A stretch of 64,000 nucleotides of DNA, taken from positions 768,001 to 832,000 of the forward strand of contig CAXXMB010000001.1 of assembly GCA_963668675.2 (NCBI GenBank), read 5' to 3'. This document shows positions 29,909 through 40,065 of this stretch, one piece after another. The notes beneath the pieces were generated by a model that had not been told where the DNA came from, did no database searches, and worked only from the letters and a program-made list of their open reading frames with translations. Position 1 is the first letter of the stretch. Each line of letters opens with the position of its first letter. The stretch comes from an uncultured Desulfatitalea sp. Lineage in GTDB: Bacteria; Desulfobacterota; Desulfobacteria; Desulfobacterales; Desulfosarcinaceae. A program made the translations under genes and the position numbers.

Positions 29909-30745
29909 ATGCATCCAACCTTGATATACATTCTGGGGGCAGGCAATAGCGGCAGCACACTGTTGAGCATGGTTCTTGGCGCTCATTCCCGAATCGCGTC
30001 CGTAGGTGAAATCGTGCAATTGGATCGTTGGTATTCAAACGGGGGATTGTGCAGTTGTGGGGAAACACTTTCAAATTGCAATATGTGGGGGCCCCTTTTA
30101 GGGAACAAAAACCGGAAAGCAAATGTTCCGGTGGCCCCCGTACCGAAAAGGGCCAATTTTTTTGTCAGCAATTCCTCAAGATTCAGAAAAGATCCTCAAC
30201 TCACAGAGACGATTCAGCGTAATATTGAAATTTATGATAAAGTCCTCAATTCACAAAAAGTCGACACTCTGGTAGATTCGAGCAAAGATCCGTTGCATTT
30301 CTACTATCTGCATCGAAGTGGATACTTCAAAATCATTCCGGTTTTGCTGGTCCGACGTGGTGATGACTATATGGAATCAGCTCTGAGGCGGGGCAGTTCA
30401 AGGATTTCCGCCGTTTTGCGTTGGTTAAAGTTGAATGTTTCTGCCAAAAAAGCCCTCAATGAACTGAGGCTAAAGGAAACAGTCGTCCATGTCAAATTCA
30501 AGAATTTGGTGAGTGAGCCAGAAAATGCCTTGAAAGCAATATGCAAAATGGCGGGACTTGAATACGAACCACAGATGCTGGACTTTTACAAGCAGCCTCA
30601 CCATAATATTGCAGGAACACATACTCGCTTCAACCCCCGACCGATAGAGGACGTGGGGCCTAAAGGCAAGAACCTAAGTGCGAGAGATCGTGCAATCTTC
30701 TGGGCTTCAGGAGGATTCATATGGAACAAACGCTTTGGCGCTTAG
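29909..30745 (+). CDS. Sulfotransferase family protein
   Basis: 5'-PSB-like GAGNSGSTLL, VGE, VDSSK and LVR motifs; CSCG..C cluster. Confidence 0.8.
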   Translation: MHPTLIYILGAGNSGSTLLSMVLGAHSRIASVGEIVQLDRWYSNGGLCSCGETLSNCNMWGPLLGNKNRKANVPVAPVPKRANFFVSNSSRFRKDPQLTETIQRNIEIYDKVLNSQKVDTLVDSSKDPLHFYYLHRSGYFKIIPVLLVRRGDDYMESALRRGSSRISAVLRWLKLNVSAKKALNELRLKETVVHVKFKNLVSEPENALKAICKMAGLEYEPQMLDFYKQPHHNIAGTHTRFNPRPIEDVGPKGKNLSARDRAIFWASGGFIWNKRFGA

Positions 30746-30824
30746 CTGAATGAATCACCAATCCTTTTCTTAGCCCGACGGTACCGATTCGCAAAAAGCT
30801 GAACGAAACTGAACGCAATTATCA

Positions 30825-32321
30825 ATGGGCTTTCATAAAAAAAATCTCCATAAATATGGCGCCGGATTGTTTTACAATGCCGTTGGAGCCGGATTTGCCG
30901 TGCTTTCCCAGATTTTTCTGGCAAGACTCATGGGCCCATCCGATTTCGGCATACTGACACTTACGCTTTCTCTTGTGTTGCTTCCTACATCGATCGCAGA
31001 TTTTGGCGTCACAGCATCTTTGCCCAGATTTATTGCTGTCAGTATCGGTGAAAATCGTCCCACCCGGGTTAGAGCTATACTATTAAAAGGCGGTTTGTTC
31101 ATGGGGGGGAGCGCTGCAATTTTTACATGCCTCATGTACATTTTGGCACCAATAATCGCGGGTTGGATGGATATAGAGCAATTATCGCATACCATTTCGG
31201 TCTTGGCCGTTTTCATACCTGCCATATACGCTAAAAACTATTGTTCAGCTATTCTCAAAGGCACTGGAAACAACGTAGTTGAGATTTTTTTAAGCCAGGT
31301 CGTTTTTCTATCAGTAACATTTGGGTTGGGAGTTTTTTTTTGGATGAAAACACACTCAACCGCGATGGTTGTCGCGGGGCATGGAATTGGCTATGTCGTG
31401 ACATTATGTATTTTTACGTTTTACGCTTGGCGACACGCCTCCACCTACAGATTAGTAAAGTCAGAGGCTTTTAGATTGATGGAATTGTTATCCCATGGAT
31501 TGCCGTTGAACATAACCGCGTTGGCCCAAAGAATCTTCCAGCGCGCAGATGTAATCATCATTGGAACCCTTTTGAACGAGCACGCAGTGGGACTCTATAA
31601 AGTCGCTTTTGCTGCGGCTTCGGGCATAAAGCATTTGATTACACCATTGAACAATTTTGCCGGATATTGGCTTGGAATATACGCAGGAAGCAAACAGAAA
31701 GATAACATGCGCCGCTACTACATGGGGCTGGTAATGTCCAGTCTTGTCTTAACTCTCCCGGCATATTTTCTTCTATTTATTTTAGCAGGTGATGTTATTC
31801 CCGTGATTTTTGGAGATGAATACAAAGCCGCGATATTATTGACGCAAATACTATGCCTGGGTTTCATCTACTTTACTGCGGTAGGACCTATGGGAACGCT
31901 GTTCAATACGGTAGGTCGAAACTGGGTTCGTATGTGGTTGGTTATCGGCATGAGCATATTCAATATAGCAGCCAATATCATACTGATCAGGCTCATCGGC
32001 GTGACCGGCACAGCAATATCTACATGCTTCAGCTTTATGCTACTCTTTTTTATTTTCCATTTCATTGTTAAACGATACTTTATCGGATTTATCACACCTC
32101 CTCACCCTTTGATTTTATTGCTTTGCGTAACCGGCATCGGAGTTATGTCTCTTTTTTTGCCCCTGTCTATAATTGAATACCGAATTGCGGCAGCTTGTGC
32201 GGGTACATTTGCCGTTGGTGTTTTGAGCTTTGCAGCAACTTGGCACTACTTGAAAATTTTCGATGCTGAAATTCACGGTGATCGCGCAGGCAGCCAAAAA
32301 CATCCCAAACTGAATCTGTAA
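30825..32321 (+). CDS. wzx: Wzx-type oligosaccharide flippase (MOP family)
   Basis: About 14 TM helices; ARLMGPSDFG, DFG and VGLYKVA motifs. Confidence 0.85.
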   Translation: MGFHKKNLHKYGAGLFYNAVGAGFAVLSQIFLARLMGPSDFGILTLTLSLVLLPTSIADFGVTASLPRFIAVSIGENRPTRVRAILLKGGLFMGGSAAIFTCLMYILAPIIAGWMDIEQLSHTISVLAVFIPAIYAKNYCSAILKGTGNNVVEIFLSQVVFLSVTFGLGVFFWMKTHSTAMVVAGHGIGYVVTLCIFTFYAWRHASTYRLVKSEAFRLMELLSHGLPLNITALAQRIFQRADVIIIGTLLNEHAVGLYKVAFAAASGIKHLITPLNNFAGYWLGIYAGSKQKDNMRRYYMGLVMSSLVLTLPAYFLLFILAGDVIPVIFGDEYKAAILLTQILCLGFIYFTAVGPMGTLFNTVGRNWVRMWLVIGMSIFNIAANIILIRLIGVTGTAISTCFSFMLLFFIFHFIVKRYFIGFITPPHPLILLLCVTGIGVMSLFLPLSIIEYRIAAACAGTFAVGVLSFAATWHYLKIFDAEIHGDRAGSQKHPKLNL

Positions 32322-32361
32322 TCAGTAAAGGCAGGCCAGAGAAAAGAACAACAGGTACACA

Positions 32362-33207
32362 ATGAAGACGCATGTTGGCAGGTTAGTGAACTTCCTGAAA
32401 GAGCCACTGACTTTTATAAAGTGGTGGCAATATCAAAAAACACGTTCCTCTAAAGACAATGTGTTTTTGGTTACCATGAACCACGCAGGTACTCACTGGA
32501 TAAGGATGCTTGTCGCCAAATCCTTGATACAAGTATATGGACTAGGGGACGATATCAATGACATTAAAGCATTCGATCTGATTCCTCCATATCATCGCAA
32601 GAGATACCGCTTCAAATACAATGACAATAAGCGGATCATGAGAATACAACACAGTCATGCAAAGTATTACAACATTCATTTCAGAAATGGCCGCGTTATA
32701 CTTCTCGTTAGAGATCTGCGTGATGCGATCTATTCACATTACCGCAGTTACAGTGCCAGAAACGCGCCCGATTTGAAGTTTTCCGACTTCTTACGCGGTC
32801 ACAATGTCGATAAAAATAGACACTACACATTAGATCGCCGTATTGACTTCCTGAATTCCTGGAATCTCGGACAGGAGAATTTGAAATCTTTCTTGGTTGT
32901 ACGGTATGAAGATGTGAGTGTTAAACCAAACCGGGAATTGGGCAGAATGTTCAAATTTCTCGAATGGGATCCTGACGAAACAGTTATTGATAACGCTGTA
33001 AACTTCGCATCCCGAGAGAATATGCGTGAGCTTGAAGCGATGAATCCGGTGTCATTGAATGAAGGAAAAACCGTGAAGGTGAGGGAGGCAAAAAGCCGGC
33101 AATATCACGACAAGTACGGTCTACAAGACCGCGCATACTTTATGAGAATGATCAATAGTAAGCTGCGATACGATTATGGATACAATTATGATATATGGGA
33201 AAATTAA
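32362..33207 (+). CDS. Sulfotransferase domain protein
   Basis: VFLVTMNHAGTHW (PSB-like), HSH, LVRDLRDAIYSHY (3'-PB) and VRYED motifs. Confidence 0.75.
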   Translation: MKTHVGRLVNFLKEPLTFIKWWQYQKTRSSKDNVFLVTMNHAGTHWIRMLVAKSLIQVYGLGDDINDIKAFDLIPPYHRKRYRFKYNDNKRIMRIQHSHAKYYNIHFRNGRVILLVRDLRDAIYSHYRSYSARNAPDLKFSDFLRGHNVDKNRHYTLDRRIDFLNSWNLGQENLKSFLVVRYEDVSVKPNRELGRMFKFLEWDPDETVIDNAVNFASRENMRELEAMNPVSLNEGKTVKVREAKSRQYHDKYGLQDRAYFMRMINSKLRYDYGYNYDIWEN

Positions 33208-33298
33208 TAAGGACGTGGTCACGATGCAGTTTTCGTATCTATCAAAAAGGCGGGATGGTGAACGAAAACTCATTTTACTATATTGATAGCAAGGTCTG

Positions 33299-33919
33299 AT
33301 GAACGAAAAATCACCTAATGATTCAAAATGCCAATTAAAACACAAACCGGCAGGAAAAATTATTTTTGGGTTAATGCTGTTTCTGCTTTTCGCTATTCCG
33401 AAATTTTCAGGTTTTGAACACTATAACGCCGAAATATGGATTTCCAATGATTTGCTGCTCTATGATGATTATACCAGAAATCAATATGACAAATTTTTAA
33501 ACAACATTCGTCAAATTTATTTTAGCGGCTTCAGGTGTGAAATCAATTGGAGATACGCCGCCAAAAAGGGAAGAGTCTCTATCGATATGAGACACAGCGA
33601 TAAAGAAATATTAAATACACAGTATCGGGCTATTGTGGAAGGGGGGACAGAAATACTACAAAAACGATTGCAGGCAATACCTTCTATTGAAATATTTCGA
33701 ATGCCAGGCAATGGATTGGGAATATATAATCGCATCATAAATTTAGAGACATCTTATTGGGGAGAGGCCGAAGAAACTCGGCTGGGCCAACTTGAAAAAA
33801 GGCAAGTGCTGGCAATTATCTTTCTATCAATACTAAAAACACTATTGACCTATAGTTTGTTTCAATCGATACATCACCTCCTAAAAATCAACAGCCCTAT
33901 GTTTAAGAGGCTTTTTTAA
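33299..33919 (+). CDS. Hypothetical membrane protein with two terminal TM helices
   Basis: Hydrophobic segments near both termini; in operon orientation. Confidence 0.6.
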   Translation: MNEKSPNDSKCQLKHKPAGKIIFGLMLFLLFAIPKFSGFEHYNAEIWISNDLLLYDDYTRNQYDKFLNNIRQIYFSGFRCEINWRYAAKKGRVSIDMRHSDKEILNTQYRAIVEGGTEILQKRLQAIPSIEIFRMPGNGLGIYNRIINLETSYWGEAEETRLGQLEKRQVLAIIFLSILKTLLTYSLFQSIHHLLKINSPMFKRLF

Positions 33920-33934
33920 AGAACTATATTTACT

Positions 33935-35140
33935 ATGCCTTTGGCGATCCTGACAATTAGCTTTGTTTTCTGGGGGTTGATACCGCTGCACGGGATCACG
34001 ATTGGCGGTATAAAGAGTTTCCCATCTATTTCAGCATACCATGTGATGCTGATTCTCATCACTTTCTCATCGCTTTTAACCTTAGCTCCATTTTGTCGGG
34101 AAAAAAAATCGCCGTTCTCCTTGTTTGAACGCATCGGGATCCATCACATTGTATTGTCATTTGCATTTGTTGTTGCCAATTTACTCTTAGCGTTTGTTAA
34201 CAATGAGATTTACTGGGTATTGTTGATCAGTGAATCCAGCTTGCTTTATTTATTGATTTGCATCTACCTGCTTGAGGCGCATGTCAGTTACGAAACTATT
34301 CTGCGAGCTATCGTTTGTGGTGGTGTCGTCCTCATTTTAGCCGACTTGTGTTCATATGCTGCTGGAAACCCAGTTATTCAACACAGTGACTGGTTGGACT
34401 ACGGGTATGGCGGGATTGGCGTAAAATCTACTTTTCAAAACCACGAATCAGGAATGACACTCTCTTTGGCTGCGGTGTACCTGCTTTCATACTGCGGTAA
34501 GATTAACCGGGTCTACGAAAAGCTTTTCGAAAGAGCCGTATGGTTTTTCATTGTCCTATCTCAATCAAGGAGCGGAATCGTCGCCATATTGATATTGTCA
34601 TTTTCTAGATACTCAAATGAGATCAGACAATTCCTTTGCTCGGTAGCCCGGATTGTCAGATTCCGCCACAAACGGCAGTTCGTATATATTCTTTTCTTCT
34701 TCCTTTGCGGAATCGTTTTCTATGCGATTCTGCAATATCTTATCGAAGCCCGAGTGTCAACAGTTGGCATCAGATTCATGCAATATCAGATATTGGTTCA
34801 AAATTTACCGGAATTTGCATTTGGCGGATTGATTAATATATGGGATGAACTCTCTGGAGGCATTGACGCACACAGCGTGGTCATTCAATATGCCATACAT
34901 TATGGTTACACAGGAATCGCGCTGTTTTTAATGCTTCAACTACAAATCGTAAAGAGAATAATGGATATGGTCAAGACGGGCGGTGATTTCAGGTTGCTCA
35001 TGTTATCGGTGGGAATGGCTGCCGCACTACTTTGTGAGTCACTGCTAGGACCTGAGATCCCGGCCAAATGGATGCACTTGTGCTTGATTGTCCTCAATCT
35101 CACTTTTATAAATTGTTGCTGTACCGGTAAAAAACCATAA
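33935..35140 (+). CDS. Wzy polymerase / O-antigen-ligase-like membrane protein
   Basis: Multi-TM protein with SQSRSG and DAHS motifs of the Wzy_C type. Confidence 0.7.
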   Translation: MPLAILTISFVFWGLIPLHGITIGGIKSFPSISAYHVMLILITFSSLLTLAPFCREKKSPFSLFERIGIHHIVLSFAFVVANLLLAFVNNEIYWVLLISESSLLYLLICIYLLEAHVSYETILRAIVCGGVVLILADLCSYAAGNPVIQHSDWLDYGYGGIGVKSTFQNHESGMTLSLAAVYLLSYCGKINRVYEKLFERAVWFFIVLSQSRSGIVAILILSFSRYSNEIRQFLCSVARIVRFRHKRQFVYILFFFLCGIVFYAILQYLIEARVSTVGIRFMQYQILVQNLPEFAFGGLINIWDELSGGIDAHSVVIQYAIHYGYTGIALFLMLQLQIVKRIMDMVKTGGDFRLLMLSVGMAAALLCESLLGPEIPAKWMHLCLIVLNLTFINCCCTGKKP

Positions 35141-35238
35141 AGAGAACAAATCCTGACAGAACTTTCCGTCTGGTTTATTTTCAGATTCATAATGAATCCA
35201 TTTATCATCGAATAGAATATCTGGCAGAAGAGTAAAAA

Positions 35239-36390
35239 ATGCGCGTTGTAATAATAGATCCGCTTCTTTTGTATGTCCGCGGTGGTGCTGAGACCAACGA
35301 CCTCAATCTCGGATCATCGCTTGAAAATAATGGCCATATTGTAAATTATATTGTTGGAGAAAAAGTTGATAGCGCCTGTTTCCCGATATCAAAGAGAGAC
35401 AAGGATGTGCTCATCCCTACCTATTTTCCGAAAGATGATTTGCTCAACGCACATAATCTTTTGGGAAAATTTCTACGATTCATTTTTTATCTCGATTTCT
35501 CACGGCGCATTATTTTCAAGAAACCCGTTTCCCTAAAAAATGCTGACTTAGTGCTAATTACCGGTCGACCGATTGTATCTCTTAGTAAGTTTGTAACTAG
35601 ATCTCCTGTCGTATACAGCATTCGAGGTAATATAGGTTACATCAACCGGTGGTTTTGCAGGTTGTCAGATGGTTTGATATTCTGGGGCGGGTGTGAAGCA
35701 GACAACCCTGATTCTTTTGCAAGAAATATTGCCTCTATAAAACTCGATCCGTGTGTGGATGACAAATTCTTTTACAAAGCGCCATCAGATATAGCATTGC
35801 GCAGTAAACTCCAGATGGGCGATCCTAACAGCCATGTGATCCTTTATGCAGGAAGGATAGAGCCGATAAAGCAGCTGCCGCATATGGTTTCTGCAATCAG
35901 AATTGCTGTTGGCAAAGGTTATAATATTAAAGTCGTTTTCATTGGAGATGGGTCGATGAAGAGGGAACTGGTCGTTCTTACAGACGAATTACTCCCCGGG
36001 CGAGTACTATTTGCAGGAAGCCAACCACCAAAGGTTGTCGGGGAGATGATGCGGGCGTCTGACGTGTTTATGCTGACATCTAGAACCGAGAATCATCCAA
36101 TCGCCGCAAAAGAGGCTATCAGTTGCGGTTTGAATGTCATTGCTTACGATGTTGGCCGAATCAGGAAAATTATTGATCATTGGGATGCAGGAAGTGTTGT
36201 TGAAGCAGACGACATTGAGGGTTTGGCTTGTGAGCTTTGCAAGTGTTTGGAAGCTAATCAAAACAATAACAGGACAGAATCAAATAATAGATCAATGTTG
36301 GCTATGGAAACATGGCATGAGGTGGCAACAAGGCTTGCTGATTGGGTAGAAAATGAGTTCTACCAGAAAAGAAAGCCACATTCGTCATAA
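35239..36390 (+). CDS. Glycosyltransferase family 4
   Basis: GGAE, YAGRIEPIK, IGDG and ENHPIAAKEA motifs. Confidence 0.88.
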   Translation: MRVVIIDPLLLYVRGGAETNDLNLGSSLENNGHIVNYIVGEKVDSACFPISKRDKDVLIPTYFPKDDLLNAHNLLGKFLRFIFYLDFSRRIIFKKPVSLKNADLVLITGRPIVSLSKFVTRSPVVYSIRGNIGYINRWFCRLSDGLIFWGGCEADNPDSFARNIASIKLDPCVDDKFFYKAPSDIALRSKLQMGDPNSHVILYAGRIEPIKQLPHMVSAIRIAVGKGYNIKVVFIGDGSMKRELVVLTDELLPGRVLFAGSQPPKVVGEMMRASDVFMLTSRTENHPIAAKEAISCGLNVIAYDVGRIRKIIDHWDAGSVVEADDIEGLACELCKCLEANQNNNRTESNNRSMLAMETWHEVATRLADWVENEFYQKRKPHSS

Positions 36391-36402
36391 AAGAATGCAA
36401 AA

Positions 36403-37689
36403 ATGGATAGAGCTTCTGGGATGGTAAGAGAAAAATTATTGCAACGTCGCGTTGTATTTTTGTGCGATCAAACTGTTGAAGTGCATTTTCCGGCTCATTT
36501 CAGTGATGTTTATCTGCAGCTCCTGCCAAAACGAGGCTGGGATGTTAGTCTATGGGCTTTTGCACTGGACACGGAATCTACCTTCTCAAGATCCCTAAAA
36601 GCTACAAAGAGCGTACGGTTATATCACAAACGACCTGGTAGCCTGTTCGGAAGAATTGCTTTATCAGGCCGGATACCTTTCGTAATTTATCGTTGGTACA
36701 AAACGATGAACTTGGCAGACTCAGATATAATCGTCGTTCACAATGATCCCGTGCTCGGACTGATCGCTTGGATATGGGCCAGAAAAACAAATGCGGCACT
36801 CATCTTTCGCGTCACGCACTTAATTCCTGAAAGTGTCGCCGCTATGGGGAGCAATATATTTTATCGCACTGTGGCCAATGTTGCGCAGTATCTGCGTGAT
36901 TGGGTTATGCGTAGAAGCGATGCGGTTATGCCCACAAGCAGGGCAATGGCTTGTAAGCTTGAAAAAGATTCGAATATTCCCGGAGATATTATTCATCCGC
37001 TGGTTGCAACTGTGAACACAAGAATAAGCGCAAGCAATGGGGACGGAGAGTGTTTGGCGGCATATGATCGTGTGGCATCCCAGCTTTCGCTCCATGCATG
37101 CGATATTTGGTTGACTTATTTAGGAACGCTCGATCCCCAACGTCGCCCCAGCTTCTTGATCGACACGATTTATGAATTGAGAGCGATGGGCATGAATGCC
37201 GGTCTTTTAGTTCTTGGTGTGGTGCGGAAACAATCTCACATTAAGCGGCTGCAAGACTATGCAAAGGACCGCCGGGTGGAGGATTGTGTTGTCTGGTCAA
37301 AGCCTGTACCTGACAACTGTATTCCATCAGTCCTAAGACTCGTACACGTGGGGCTATGCCCATTTCCGATCGATCCGATATTGCGGACCAACTCTCCCCT
37401 GAAAACACTCGAATACATTAGAAGCGGTATACCGGTGGTTGTATCGCCGGTGCCGGATAGTATAGAGGTCGTTTCGAAAAGCGGTGCCGGAGTGGTTGCC
37501 GAGTATGATGCTCACTCTTTCGCAAAAGGAGCGTTTGAATTGGCTTCGGAATCAAAGGAACTGCGTGAGTCCAGAATGCAAAAGGCTATGGCGTGGCTTG
37601 CCGCAAATAGAGACATCGATGTTGCCTGCGACTTATTGATTAAAACTGGGGAACTGGCTGTCGCACACCGCAGGAAACAGGTTGCATAG
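36403..37689 (+). CDS. Glycosyltransferase family 4
   Basis: YLGTL and SPLKTLEY..GIPVV motifs. Confidence 0.8.
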   Translation: MDRASGMVREKLLQRRVVFLCDQTVEVHFPAHFSDVYLQLLPKRGWDVSLWAFALDTESTFSRSLKATKSVRLYHKRPGSLFGRIALSGRIPFVIYRWYKTMNLADSDIIVVHNDPVLGLIAWIWARKTNAALIFRVTHLIPESVAAMGSNIFYRTVANVAQYLRDWVMRRSDAVMPTSRAMACKLEKDSNIPGDIIHPLVATVNTRISASNGDGECLAAYDRVASQLSLHACDIWLTYLGTLDPQRRPSFLIDTIYELRAMGMNAGLLVLGVVRKQSHIKRLQDYAKDRRVEDCVVWSKPVPDNCIPSVLRLVHVGLCPFPIDPILRTNSPLKTLEYIRSGIPVVVSPVPDSIEVVSKSGAGVVAEYDAHSFAKGAFELASESKELRESRMQKAMAWLAANRDIDVACDLLIKTGELAVAHRRKQVA

Positions 37690-37733
37690 TAAGACGACAG
37701 ATCAGATTTAAGCATAAATTTTAAGGAATTCAA

Positions 37734-38813
37734 ATGGAGAAATCTTTTAAGAATAAATCAGTCATGGTCACTGGAGCGTGTGGGACCATTGGCCGTGAAC
37801 TGGTCCGGCAACTCCTGGAGCATTATGAAATTGGAGAAATCGTTGGTATTGATAATAATGAAAGCGAGTTGTTTTTTCTGGAACAGCGCTTTTCAAACTA
37901 CGCGAATGCTACCTTCTTTTTAGCAGACATTCGGGATCGGGATAAGCTCATCCGTGTATCGCGCAATATGGACATTATTTTTCATACGGCTGCCTTCAAG
38001 CATGTTATCATGTGTGAACGATCTCCTTTTGAGGCCGTCCAGACCAACATCATCGGAATTCAAAACATCATTGCCGCCGCTTACCAGAATGGAATTGGAA
38101 GGGTGGTCTTTACCAGTTCAGACAAGGCGGTGAATCCTACTAATGTGATGGGGACCTCCAAACTAATGGGAGAGCGGTTGATCACTGCTGCAAACAGCAA
38201 TGTTAGAGGCAAGGGACCACTATTTAGTTCAACCCGTTTTGGGAATGTACTGGGTTCGAGGGGATCCGTTATTCCAATATTCAGAGAACAAATCCGAAGA
38301 GGAGGCCCCGTCACGTTGACAGATCCGGAAATGACAAGGTTTGTCATGAGTGTGGAAGAGGCAGTCCAACTGGTTATCGACTCGGTCTTCCTCATGAAAG
38401 GAGGCGAGGTATTCATCACCAAGATGCCTGCTATAAGAATTAAAGACTTGGCCGAGATTATGATAAGAGAACTTGGCAAGGAGTTTGGTTTGGTTCCCGA
38501 TCAGATACCAATAACGACGATTGGCACCAAACCGGGTGAAAAGATGTATGAAGAGTTGATGAGTATGGAAGAGACACGCCGCTCTATTGAACTACCGCAA
38601 TACTTTTCAGTACTCCCCGCGTTTAAAGGGCTTTATAGAAACATAAAGTATGACTACCCCGAAATCATATCAGGGACCGTGACAAAACCCTATCATTCCG
38701 GAGACGGTGAATATCTCACTGTTCAAGCACTGCAAGAATTCTTAGAAAAAAACGGCCTGCTTCACGAAGATTTTAAACAATTTGAGAATCCTCAGGAACG
38801 TTACTGGCCCTGA
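37734..38813 (+). CDS. Soluble UDP-GlcNAc 4,6-dehydratase-family SDR (PseB/CapD-like)
   Basis: TGACGTIG, HTAAFKHV, SSDKAV, MGTSK, RFGNVLGSRGSV and PGEKMYE motifs. Confidence 0.88.
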   Translation: MEKSFKNKSVMVTGACGTIGRELVRQLLEHYEIGEIVGIDNNESELFFLEQRFSNYANATFFLADIRDRDKLIRVSRNMDIIFHTAAFKHVIMCERSPFEAVQTNIIGIQNIIAAAYQNGIGRVVFTSSDKAVNPTNVMGTSKLMGERLITAANSNVRGKGPLFSSTRFGNVLGSRGSVIPIFREQIRRGGPVTLTDPEMTRFVMSVEEAVQLVIDSVFLMKGGEVFITKMPAIRIKDLAEIMIRELGKEFGLVPDQIPITTIGTKPGEKMYEELMSMEETRRSIELPQYFSVLPAFKGLYRNIKYDYPEIISGTVTKPYHSGDGEYLTVQALQEFLEKNGLLHEDFKQFENPQERYWP

Positions 38814-38859
38814 ATTTTATTATAGAATTTCTTTGTGAATCAAAAAAAGGGAAATTTAC

Positions 38860-40008
38860 ATGAGAGTTCTAATTCTAGGCGGTGATGGTTACTTAGGATG
38901 GCCCACTGCAATGAATCTCACCGCCAAAGGACATCAGGTGGCGGTTGTCGATAATTACCTGAGGCGGCGTCTGTGTCAGGAAATAGATGTGAGACCGCTT
39001 TTTATGGTCCCGAATTTGAACGAACGTGCCGAGCTTTGGGAACAAAAATCCGGCCAACATATTCCTGTCTACATAGGCGATCTTGCCGCATGGGATTTTA
39101 TGTCAGAAACTTTCAGGGTATTTCAGCCTGAGGCTATTGTGCACTACGCCGAGCAGCCGTCTGCGCCTTTTTCCATGATGGATCGAAGGGCTGCCACATT
39201 GACGATCCAAAACAACCTGAATGTCACTGCCAATGTTGTTTTTGCGGTAAGGGAATTTGCGCCGGATGCCCACATCGTAAAAATTGGTACTATGGGTGAA
39301 TACGGAACACCAAACATCGATATTGAAGAAGGGTGGATTGATATCGAGCACAAGGGGCGGAGACAGAAATTTCTCTATCCGAGACAAGCCGGGAGTCTCT
39401 ATCACACGACCAAAATAATGGATACAGACTTGTTGTGGTTTTACGTCAGGATGTGGGGCCTGCGTGTTACAGATCTGATGCAGGGACCGGTTTATGGCTT
39501 GCAGACGGACGAAAATGAAAATGATCAAAATTTAATGCCGTTTTTTAATTATGACGAAGTATTTGGTACAGTCGTCAATCGGTTCGTGGTACAGGCGGTT
39601 GCAGACTATCCCCTGACAATATTTGGCAAAGGAGGCCAAACCAGGGGATATTTGGATTTGCGTGATACACTGCAGTGCGTGAGGTTATCACTTGAAAACC
39701 CGCCCAAATCAGGAGAATTGAGAATCTTCAATCAATTCGTAGAAACATTTTCAGTGAACGATCTTGCCAAGAGAATCAAGAAGGCGGGCAAGCAGTTAGG
39801 GCTTGAAGTAAAACTGAAATCGATCAAGAATCCCAGGGTGGAACTGGAAGACCATTATTATCGACCTGAACATACAGGTTTATTGGAATTGGGACTGCAA
39901 CCGCACTATCTTTCGGATGAAGTCCTATGCAAAATGATAGAAATTGCAATAAAAAATAGGGAATCTATTAGAAAAGACACAATTTTCAGAGGCGTTCAAT
40001 GGAAATAG
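38860..40008 (+). CDS. sqdB: UDP-sulfoquinovose synthase (SqdB/SQD1/Agl3 family)
   Basis: GGDGYLGWPTA, HYAEQPSAP, GTMGEYGTPNIDIEEG, YHTTK, TDLMQGPVYG and GGQTRG motifs. Confidence 0.9.
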   Translation: MRVLILGGDGYLGWPTAMNLTAKGHQVAVVDNYLRRRLCQEIDVRPLFMVPNLNERAELWEQKSGQHIPVYIGDLAAWDFMSETFRVFQPEAIVHYAEQPSAPFSMMDRRAATLTIQNNLNVTANVVFAVREFAPDAHIVKIGTMGEYGTPNIDIEEGWIDIEHKGRRQKFLYPRQAGSLYHTTKIMDTDLLWFYVRMWGLRVTDLMQGPVYGLQTDENENDQNLMPFFNYDEVFGTVVNRFVVQAVADYPLTIFGKGGQTRGYLDLRDTLQCVRLSLENPPKSGELRIFNQFVETFSVNDLAKRIKKAGKQLGLEVKLKSIKNPRVELEDHYYRPEHTGLLELGLQPHYLSDEVLCKMIEIAIKNRESIRKDTIFRGVQWK

Positions 40009-40065
40009 ATGCACTTTAACTGGAAATTTAAGGAGGCATAATGAAACAATGGCAGAGATGTAGTT

